DNA from: a virus
Lineage: Duplodnaviria > Caudoviricetes
Virus record (IMG/VR): IMGVR_UViG_3300017971_000344
Span: 1 to 53,582 of that record
Reading direction: 5' to 3' (one strand)
Length of the DNA stretch: 53,582 bases
The notes beneath the pieces were generated by a model. It ran no database searches and was not told the origin of the DNA. It worked only from the letters and a program-made list of their open reading frames with translations. How positions within the stretch are numbered: the stretch's first letter is position 1; each line of letters begins with the position of its first letter. The position numbers were made by a program, and so were the translations under genes. Below, in pieces: positions 47,101 through 53,582 of this stretch.

Positions 47101-47559
47101 AGCGATGCTGTCGGCACGCAAGATAGCGCAGATCCAAGAGCAGCTCGAGAACCTGACCGGCACCGTGGAGGAACAGTTGGAGCAGCTACAGCAGCTGAGA
47201 CGCGAACTGCAGACCCACGAATAAAAACAGCTGAGGAACCAGAAGAACCGACCGAAACCGAGATGGTGGAGGAGTTGGAGGAGGAACCAGGAGCCAATTG
47301 GAGGGACTTATACCTGCAGCCAATTATCCGTGCTATCCGAAATCAATTCGACCTCCCTGAAGGACAAGTTACCCTACTGGGTCCAGCTAAGAAAGTTCCG
47401 TTCGGCTCCGACACGTTAGGTTTCAATATTACCGGTCATGTACGGTTCCAAGACTTCTCCCCAAACGTCAATGAATATGGTCGGTCTCCTTATAGATTCA
47501 CCGCGCACGTCGATCCCAACGGAGAACTTCAGTTGCCTGTAGAGGTACTTGGCAAATAA
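44170..47559 (+). CDS. Large polyvalent-like protein: ART-like + GNAT + zincin + C-terminal domain
   Basis: FYHGT...GL...GTYLS; VYVSPEFRGRG...SHAG; HEMGHH...SAYA..NEIEAF; three tag copies. Confidence 0.75.
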   Translation: MMIKYRGCQYREAGELRIASKEIFYHGTATGQNDEILKSILAQGLNPTPKRRVFSDDDDRKDITTLGGTYLSLRAGDLSKFSLMAQKKFGGDYLYVIVQFETRTPTTTLDEDELLPIGRNQVYLDQYGRDNLNITRVDGSFLFGLLETDKIDWYDVAEHFLVSTVEPLWGKQDPRAVRQMLLPIANVLKWQAYYREAQAREHDGYWYVRQYDELIGVSPQEALQELRAATKTAMSALRSLATPPSATPDEPYSRQQRQRDNQKIQTEEPIGYRGANKIIAIMRWGDSYSGSVAKDSSYYIVGQIVYATPEGQREAEKIINSVLREGKSEHMLWTDPRGTVVYDEPRLSSEKAASVFMYKGREYVELKQGDVGEAAKLKAVAPLADPTWTPNEHVEDAKKIEVINSGIPEEMYLLFTSFENSLGDRKNGRVILTWFPDDRDLFEGGAYWFEEGGKKKLQSVYVSPEFRGRGGQLLADALKSIGVTSYVEPLSHAGKRYVKRHKFTKTSSALYCKSQYVTRDVYAKTILINEEFVAGLRKEFLRYMKNVRQVHDYDTAWQFKKVGNLYAEKFHEMFFERFTNYYLKHYVGLSKNMASFWGDVLRKSGWDFYLEISPPLSMVDEYHDKESLYYDYQQEVGKWANRVKTKARKLWKDLRDFIESHPSHREKEVEPYVELMDDDNYSIAGFDVRIRGYGQEGALPEYHAEWLSIAKEGLKEYRRRASERMPWMIKHALPFVLRFDISLNKAGEYQFRYIDLYMSALTEKTDPVGRFVKTCAHEMGHHLWYHLSGDAKSFWAKAVREDYAAQLDLQYVLDNWSGSDPDDVLAFIADDFLNKGDVDTYLQLWSLYYQPGYKYWFEKATRADVEKRIAEGDRYLAVQQHPISAYAGQNEIEAFCDAVGSYVAHGEKGIYPAVRKWLSIVLPDMNIRLAAKKASSMLTYKGRQYISLTDYQNGRNKTATRDRDTGSREGSGGSDTGSDAVGTQDSADPRAAREPDRHRGGTVGAATAAETRTADPRIKTAEEPEEPTETEMVEELEEEPGANWRDLYLQPIIRAIRNQFDLPEGQVTLLGPAKKVPFGSDTLGFNITGHVRFQDFSPNVNEYGRSPYRFTAHVDPNGELQLPVEVLGK

Positions 47560-47561
47560 CG

Positions 47562-47783
47562 ATGCCATCTCGAAGCAAGCAATCCAACGAAAATCTACTG
47601 TATAACGAACTGCGCAACGTCAGTATGCGCGTAAATGCTTTTGGTGATGAGGTGGCTGAGTTATCCGCAGCCGCCCAAGCCAACTCGATCGATATAGAAC
47701 AGCTGGTTAACGCTGTTGAACAACTACGTTCCCGCCTAGACTACCTCGAAGCCCTCCTCAAAGAAGCCAGACAAAGTCAATAA
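47562..47783 (+). CDS. Small coiled-coil protein
   Basis: Heptad pattern; TAACGATG junction. Confidence 0.65.
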   Translation: MPSRSKQSNENLLYNELRNVSMRVNAFGDEVAELSAAAQANSIDIEQLVNAVEQLRSRLDYLEALLKEARQSQ

Positions 47784-47824
47784 ACGCTGATGCTTTACGT
47801 TATTCTCTAGCAGAACAACGTAAA

Positions 47825-48244
47825 GTGAACGACATGGCGTGCTGGTCCCGCGTGTTTAGTGGTGGCAATACCAGTTATGGTACTGGTTGCTGCAATACTG
47901 GCTGTTTTAACCAAACGAGCCCGGATGAGGGTTCCACCAAACCCACTATCTTTGGCGATATTCCCGTCAGCGTTAGTAGCATTGCCGAAGGTGTAGGCTA
48001 TTGGGCAGAACAACTGCGTCAACGGTTGGCTGCTACCGCTACCATTACGTCCACGTCAGACCAGATTTATACTGTTGTGTTGCGTCGTGGCACTCGTACC
48101 GACTCTACTACCTGGCAGGTGTCGAATGCTCAGGGCGCCTACCCGGTAGTAGTTAGTTACGCCACACCAGTTGATTCCGGTAGTAATGTTCAGTTTCAAT
48201 CTATGCACCACTGCATAGATTGGTTGGTAGAAAAACTCGCATAA
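47825..48244 (+). CDS. Hypothetical protein
   Basis: ORF downstream of a CGTTATTCTCTA motif; start may be ATG 47834. Confidence 0.6.
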   Translation: MNDMACWSRVFSGGNTSYGTGCCNTGCFNQTSPDEGSTKPTIFGDIPVSVSSIAEGVGYWAEQLRQRLAATATITSTSDQIYTVVLRRGTRTDSTTWQVSNAQGAYPVVVSYATPVDSGSNVQFQSMHHCIDWLVEKLA

Positions 48245-48379
48245 CGCGCATCAGCGCACGTCCAGCAACACCCCACCTATCAGCAAAGCTGGTTTGATTG
48301 ACTTTGTCAACGTCCCCATCCAGGTGTTGTTCCCAAACCAAATCCGTGTTGCGTACGGCAACACATCAGGAGAATCGTT

Positions 48380-49696
48380 ATGAGAACTCGTTTTAGTAAT
48401 CGCCGCCGGCGCCCTGCTCCTCGCGAGCGGATCGCCGAAACCCCTCGACTGCATCGTGGACGCGATCAGTCTCGCCGTCGCCCGAGCCGTGACCGCCACG
48501 CCGAAGATGAAGCGGAAGAGATGCCTCGTAGGCGCCGCAGCCGTCGCTACAACCGTGAAATGGCTGAAGCTCGTGCCGAGCGTCGTGCCCTTCGTAGCCG
48601 TCGCAGTGAGCGCCCGCGTGCTCGCATGTCGGCTGAAGAAGATGAGATGTTGATGGATCTCAACCTGGACGACATCCTTGAGGTGCCGGAGGATGAGATC
48701 GAAGATGCGGCTGAGGAAGCTGAAGGCGAATGCCCCGTAGGTTGCATTCCGGAAGAGAAGGTAGACGAAGCTCTCGAAGAGGTGGAAGAAGCTGTAGAGG
48801 GCGAGGATGAGGAAGAGGGCGAGGAAGAAGAGGAGAAAGAAGAGAAGGAAGCGGCCGTTGAGGCTGCTCCGGTCGAGACCGCCAAGTGGGCTCCTATGTT
48901 CTCCGAAGCCGACATCAACAGGCTCGACAAGACTGCAGACGTTACGCTGATTCCGTTCCTCGACCAGGATGATCCTACCTACGTGGTACTGGCCAATACA
49001 CGCCCTGTGGGTGAGATTCGCATGTCTGACCTCACCGACGTAGACGATCAGGACCGCTACGCCCTGTTCACCGCTGAATCGTTCCCCAAAGGGATCCAGC
49101 AAGCGGTAGAGCAACTTGGTGCCGGCAACGTGCTGAATGACCTTGGTATGCGCTACTTCGCCGAGATGGTGACACAGCGACAGGCCGACTCGGCCGCCAA
49201 GAATCAGGTTCAGGCCGACATGGAAGAGGCCTTCCAGTCCCGTCTGGCGGAACTCAAGCAGAACTTCATCAACAATGTGCTGCTGGCTGTCGAAGCGTCT
49301 AACAAGGACGTACTGGTACGCAATCCTCTTCGTGAAGCTGTTCGTAGCAGTTTCCGTGCTGCGGGCGTGCCGGATGCCGTAACGGTAGATCTGTTTGAGG
49401 ATGCTCTCGAGCAGGCTGGTGCTGACTACTTCATCGCGATGGTCAACAAGGCGGATGAGTGGTTGGGCTTCGAGAAGGAAGCGATGGCTCAGATCGAGCA
49501 GACCATCAAGACGGCCGATCACCGCCGCCCTCAGGCTGAAGCCGAAGTGTACCACGCCCCCGTGGCGCCTTCTGTACCCGCCCGCACGATGCCTCCGCAG
49601 CAGCCCCAGCGGCAGGCCAACACCGAGTGGGACCGCAGCGAAGATCGTTTGCGTGCAGTGTTGCGCAACGCTGGCACCTACAACAAGGGTCGTTAA
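48380..49696 (+). CDS. Putative scaffold/prohead core protein
   Basis: AGGAG RBS; Arg-rich N-terminus, Glu-rich tract, many [KR]xA sites; near the protease. Confidence 0.55.
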   Translation: MRTRFSNRRRRPAPRERIAETPRLHRGRDQSRRRPSRDRHAEDEAEEMPRRRRSRRYNREMAEARAERRALRSRRSERPRARMSAEEDEMLMDLNLDDILEVPEDEIEDAAEEAEGECPVGCIPEEKVDEALEEVEEAVEGEDEEEGEEEEEKEEKEAAVEAAPVETAKWAPMFSEADINRLDKTADVTLIPFLDQDDPTYVVLANTRPVGEIRMSDLTDVDDQDRYALFTAESFPKGIQQAVEQLGAGNVLNDLGMRYFAEMVTQRQADSAAKNQVQADMEEAFQSRLAELKQNFINNVLLAVEASNKDVLVRNPLREAVRSSFRAAGVPDAVTVDLFEDALEQAGADYFIAMVNKADEWLGFEKEAMAQIEQTIKTADHRRPQAEAEVYHAPVAPSVPARTMPPQQPQRQANTEWDRSEDRLRAVLRNAGTYNKGR

Positions 49697-49700
49697 TTTG

Positions 49701-49744
49701 GTTGGTGGGGTGTTGGAGTTTATCCAACACCCCACCAACTTGTT
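49701..49744 (+). terminator. 17-bp stem hairpin, probable terminator
   Basis: GTTGGTGGGGTGTTGGA / TCCAACACCCCACCAAC. Confidence 0.7.
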
Positions 49745-49841
49745 CGGTTTATCAATTGGAGCGCACGACTTTTATTTTACTTGGACTGGTCGTTCTTCGG
49801 GTCGTACGCTCCTTTGGATGAATCGTCACAGGATAAATAGC

Positions 49842-50078
49842 ATGCCCCTTTTTCGTGTTTGGACCAGAGAGTTGAAAGAAGTGGAGATGTCGTACGACGT
49901 CGAAGCTTCAGATGAAGATGAAGCTGCTGACCTGATTGCAGCTTTGCGTGGTTTGGATGATGCTGCGGCCGAACGCTACCTAGCCGAACAGCGAATTGAA
50001 TCCAACTTGGAAGCTCACGAAGACGCTGCTGATGAGTTGCACCTAGAAGGCGTTGACCTGTTGCGGAGAAGCCGATGA
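49842..50078 (+). CDS. Small acidic hypothetical protein
   Basis: ATG 49842 after AGGA; coupled to the protease gene. Confidence 0.55.
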   Translation: MPLFRVWTRELKEVEMSYDVEASDEDEAADLIAALRGLDDAAAERYLAEQRIESNLEAHEDAADELHLEGVDLLRRSR

Positions 50079-50884
50079 GTCGTATTGTACAGGCTGGACC
50101 CGGACTGCATGTTGGTGATTATATGTTGGCGCAAACGGTCGATCGAGGAAAAGTGATCGATCGGATGCCCAAGATCATTGACGGACATAGACTGAAAAAA
50201 GTCCGTATTGCCAACAAAGAAGTTGCGGTTGGTGCTGGACTCGAGTCTTGTGCCTGTGACCGCCTTGATATCTCTTGGCTGCCTTTTGCGGCTGAGCAGT
50301 ACCACATCAGCCCTAACATCAAGGACTACACGATTGTAGAGCTGCATTCTGTGGTCGCCGATATTCCGAATCGTAATATGGATTGCATGGACTACCAGGA
50401 ACTTACTACTTGGCGTAGTTTGCATGGCCGTCCATGTTATTCTACTTTTGTGGGTAAACCCTGCCATCAGGACCACGATAATCAGGATGATACCAAAGCA
50501 AAAGGTGTCATCTTCGATGCCAGCTTGGTTCCGTTGACCAAGAACGTAAACGGTAAAACTATTTGGGCGGTGAAAATCTTAAAAGGTTTCGATAGGTCCA
50601 AAGATACTCGTCTGGCTAATTTAGTTCAGCAACGCAATCGTATCGGCCATTCGATGGGTTGTCTAGTTGAGAAGGTCCGTTGTAGTTTGCCTTGGTGCCA
50701 AGCAATCAGCGACGGTGTTTCTACCACTTGCCAACATATTGCGGGTGGTGCAGGCAAAGGCCAAGTCATTAGAAATCATATTGTAGCGGAGCACCTCATT
50801 GACTTCGCCTATGTGGAAGATTCGTCCGTAGAAGATCCCGCTAATGTGGTTTCGTTGACAGACTACATCTGGAACGTAGGATGA
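50075..50884 (+). CDS. Prohead (capsid maturation) protease
   Basis: PNRNMD, FVGKP..DHDN, KGVI.D, SMGC, EDSSVEDPA motifs typical of large-phage assemblin-like proteases. Confidence 0.75.
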   Translation: MSRIVQAGPGLHVGDYMLAQTVDRGKVIDRMPKIIDGHRLKKVRIANKEVAVGAGLESCACDRLDISWLPFAAEQYHISPNIKDYTIVELHSVVADIPNRNMDCMDYQELTTWRSLHGRPCYSTFVGKPCHQDHDNQDDTKAKGVIFDASLVPLTKNVNGKTIWAVKILKGFDRSKDTRLANLVQQRNRIGHSMGCLVEKVRCSLPWCQAISDGVSTTCQHIAGGAGKGQVIRNHIVAEHLIDFAYVEDSSVEDPANVVSLTDYIWNVG

Positions 50885-51525
50885 TCCCAACCACTCAAGA
50901 CATCCTGCAGCGGTTGCTCCGATACCGTAAAGTTGCTGAACGGTCTGCTGTGGCAGCAACTGACGGTGCTGCCAATACTTCGTATGAGGTATTCTCCGTC
51001 GGTGGTACTGATCAGTATCACACCGTATTGACCGCCAAAGCCGCTATCGCGTTAGCCGATACGACAGCAAAACAACAGCCCAACTGCACAGTTGCGGTGT
51101 GGAGTCCACTTCGCGGTTTGATTTATCGTGCTCGGTACGAAACACCCGAAGCCTTGGTAGACGCCTTACTGGATTACATTTGGAACAGCAGTCAGCTGAG
51201 TGGTCAATATAAATCGGTAGCAGCCAACCAAACTGATTTGATGGAAAACGGTACCTATGACGGTCAGGTCGCGTTCAAAGCGTTTTGGCCCGTAGCGGAC
51301 GCTGCGGTTGATCAGTACACACAGCAATACGGCACAGCACAACAGAAGCAATTTCCACACGACATTCGTCAAATGATGGCTGAGAAGATGGTTCGCTTGT
51401 TCGAGCAAGACTACCGAGAACAGCCTGACCGGTTCGAGCAACCAACTGAACCATCAGCTCAACAGACAATTCAAATCGATCCAACGGACTCCGATGGTAA
51501 GACCATCGTCATCAACATAGGCTAA
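50881..51525 (+). CDS. Putative head protein, paralogue of the 51692 N-terminal half
   Basis: Shared YEVF...VWSP and N..QL...G.[YF]D...A.KA...FP..IR blocks. Confidence 0.7.
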   Translation: MIPTTQDILQRLLRYRKVAERSAVAATDGAANTSYEVFSVGGTDQYHTVLTAKAAIALADTTAKQQPNCTVAVWSPLRGLIYRARYETPEALVDALLDYIWNSSQLSGQYKSVAANQTDLMENGTYDGQVAFKAFWPVADAAVDQYTQQYGTAQQKQFPHDIRQMMAEKMVRLFEQDYREQPDRFEQPTEPSAQQTIQIDPTDSDGKTIVINIG

Positions 51526-51527
51526 CG

Positions 51528-51683
51528 ATGAACGAACTAGAAGACAGACTGAATCAAATTCGCGAACTGGCCGAAGCCGGCTTGGATGCAGCTATAGATG
51601 CACAACCACAAGATCACGAATACCTGATGAGCCTGTTCGCTGACATTTGGGACCTGGCTGATTTGGATGAGCCGCTGCAGTGA
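51528..51683 (+). CDS. Small acidic protein (51 aa)
   Basis: TAACGATG junction; fills gap. Confidence 0.55.
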   Translation: MNELEDRLNQIRELAEAGLDAAIDAQPQDHEYLMSLFADIWDLADLDEPLQ

Positions 51684-51691
51684 GAGGCACC

Positions 51692-52879
51692 ATGAAAACC
51701 TATCGACAACTGAGAACTCGATTACAGCGGTTGCGTCGTCGTAACAAAACTGCCGGCTTGACCGATACCGTCGGAACCTACGAGGTGTTCGCTCAGCAAA
51801 GCAACATCTACCAGCGTTGCGGTTCAGCCCAACAGGCAGCTGCAGTGGCAGATGAATTGGCGCTGTTGAATCCGATGGAAACGTTTCACGTGTGGTCACC
51901 CGACCAACAACATGCTTATGAGGTAAAGGCTATGCCGGAACGACGGGCTGGTTACGATTCGGACGAATCCGTAGCGGCTGAACTGGTAATGCACGTCGAC
52001 AATACTGAGCAGCTGTACAGACAAAAACAATACATCGAAGAAGGCTTGGCCAACAAGATGGCCGCTGGTCGGTTTGACCCTGCATTGGCTTCTAAGGCCT
52101 ACATGGGTCTGCTCAAAGCAGCTGCGCAAAGCTACATTCGTGAGTTTGGATCTCCAGGTGACGCTTGGCACCAAATGTTCCCAATGAACATTAGGAAGCT
52201 AGCTGCAAAGCAACTGTTTGAGCAGTTTGCTGATGAAGTAGAAATTAACCCTCAGGACTTTGCTGGCCGTATGCCGAAGAAGCACCTCCCTGAATGGGAA
52301 AACCGATACCGAAGAAGTTCTACAAACAACCGAGCCAAAAGGCTCCACAACAAAGGAAGTGTATCCATGCCCCGGAAACCTAGCCGTAGGCGCCGTCAGC
52401 GTCTGGCCAACCGTATTGAGCAAGCTCGTTCTAACCGTCAGAACCGGGATCGTAATCGTCAGATGGATCGCCGTGCTGAGCGGGTTGATTCCAAAGAGGA
52501 ACGCCTAAACAAGCGCGTAGCCAGCCTGACCAAGCTGCTGCGTCGTGCTGAGCGTGAGCTGCGCAAGGCTCAACAGCAGCCGCAGCAGGATGATCTGCAA
52601 GAGAGCCGTCAGCGTATTGCTGAACTGCGTAAGCGGTTGGAGCAAGAACGGCGTCCGGTTCGTCGCGCTGCCGCCCGCAGTCGTCGTGTTCGTAGTCGCC
52701 TGGCTCGCCGCTCGGCTGAGCGTCCTATCCGTCGTAAACGTTCGGACGAGCGTGTTGCCAGCGGTCAGCACCGTAAGCCTGCTCGTCCCCAACGTCGCCA
52801 AGCGGCCGTAAAGAAGGAAGCCGCTCCCAAGGTTATTCGCCGTAAGCAAGACGGCAAGCTGTACGTTCGGGTAGACTAA
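51692..52879 (+). CDS. Putative head/core protein with Arg-rich C-terminal half
   Basis: GAGG RBS; KTAG, RRAG, RVAS, RQAA, KEAA sites. Confidence 0.7.
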   Translation: MKTYRQLRTRLQRLRRRNKTAGLTDTVGTYEVFAQQSNIYQRCGSAQQAAAVADELALLNPMETFHVWSPDQQHAYEVKAMPERRAGYDSDESVAAELVMHVDNTEQLYRQKQYIEEGLANKMAAGRFDPALASKAYMGLLKAAAQSYIREFGSPGDAWHQMFPMNIRKLAAKQLFEQFADEVEINPQDFAGRMPKKHLPEWENRYRRSSTNNRAKRLHNKGSVSMPRKPSRRRRQRLANRIEQARSNRQNRDRNRQMDRRAERVDSKEERLNKRVASLTKLLRRAERELRKAQQQPQQDDLQESRQRIAELRKRLEQERRPVRRAAARSRRVRSRLARRSAERPIRRKRSDERVASGQHRKPARPQRRQAAVKKEAAPKVIRRKQDGKLYVRVD

Positions 52880-52899
52880 CGATTATATTGGTCCTCCTG

Positions 52900-52944
52900 G
52901 GGAACGGAAGCGCCTTAATGTTAATGCTTCCGTTCCCGTTTTTC
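52900..52944 (+). terminator. Rho-independent terminator
   Basis: GGAACGGAAGC...GCTTCCGTTCC followed by GTTTTT. Confidence 0.75.
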
Positions 52945-53014
52945 TAATCAGGCTTTAGCTGTACGTCGTAAAGTTTGATTAGAAAAACGAAACCACCCGA
53001 AGAGGAAAACTCAA

Positions 53015-53582
53015 ATGAAACATAGAAACAAACTACGCCGTCGATTGGCAGCTAAAGAGCAGCGACAGCCGGGTCAGATTTCTTCCACCTTACGTCGTCG
53101 GATGGGGGACGCACTGGCTGACCTGTTCGACGAGTTTGGTCCCGATATCTATGCTGAAGCCATCTTGCAGCTGAAAGACGTTATCCTGGAATCGTTCCAA
53201 AGCGGTTTCGAGCAGCTCGACAGCACTATCAAAGACGAGCTGGGCAAACGTGGCGTTGAGGAAGCTCGTCAGCATATCCGTCAGTGGGCTAGCGAGATTG
53301 TGGAAGATGTGAACCATCATGGTCTCGACGAAGTAGCCGGTGCGCTCGAAGACTATGTTGGTTCTTTGACCGCCGAATTCCAACAGGCAGAAGAGGAAGA
53401 GGGCGGGGACTTGATGGGCATCGAGCCTGATGTCGAGGAAGTTTCAGAGGAAGAGATCGAGGAAGTTCCTGCAGAGGATGCTGCTGAGGATGAAGAACTC
53501 AACCTGGAAGACTTGGGTCTTGAGCTACCTGAGGAAGAAGCTGCGGCTTCGTTTGGTCCTTTGGGCGGCCGTAGGCAGCGCA
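53015..53582 (+). CDS. Basic/acidic putative head protein (3'-truncated by window)
   Basis: GAGG RBS; MKHRNKLRRRLAAKE..., open to the window end. Confidence 0.7.
   Translation, partial: MKHRNKLRRRLAAKEQRQPGQISSTLRRRMGDALADLFDEFGPDIYAEAILQLKDVILESFQSGFEQLDSTIKDELGKRGVEEARQHIRQWASEIVEDVNHHGLDEVAGALEDYVGSLTAEFQQAEEEEGGDLMGIEPDVEEVSEEEIEEVPAEDAAEDEELNLEDLGLELPEEEAAASFGPLGGRRQR

Noticed and set aside
48251-49738. 495-aa minus-strand ORF
   Set aside because: Antisense shadow of the biased 48380 gene; no recognisable motifs
51692-51721. MKTYRQL resembling the T4 capsid-targeting sequence
   Set aside because: A single 4-residue match not repeated in other genes; likely chance
17072-53582. Major capsid protein
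   Set aside because: No ORF showed recognisable HK97-fold capsid features; it probably lies outside the window

Overview
A gene-dense, almost entirely + strand segment of a large (jumbo-type) tailed dsDNA phage read with the standard genetic code. No tRNA, rRNA, CRISPR array or integrase was seen. 1-17 kb is a transcription/replication/recombination block: a tandem array of tiny xxQV-repeat genes, a SWIM protein, a sigma70-like factor, an SSB-like protein, RecA, HNH, SbcCD/Mre11-Rad50, a DnaX-like clamp loader and an ATP-dependent ligase. 17-53.6 kb is mostly head morphogenesis (decoration proteins, terminase, portal, prohead protease, scaffold-like proteins) interleaved with enzyme 'cargo' genes (ADP-ribosyltransferase-like, zincin, GNAT, HD, HAD, nucleotidyltransferase). 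Most notable: (1) an 11-aa motif, hydrophobic-[KR]-[YF]-[KR]-G-x-[LQE]-Y-[RIV]-[EA]-[AVL], occurs 8 times in 6 unrelated proteins, at termini or domain boundaries and often ending in a [KR]-x-A site, which suggests a portable capsid-loading/processing tag for injected effectors; (2) a histone-fold protein hidden in-frame at the 3' end of the HNH ORF with its own RBS; (3) several recurring intergenic motifs. A Myxococcota-like host is inferred weakly. All family calls come from motif recognition by eye, not from database searches.
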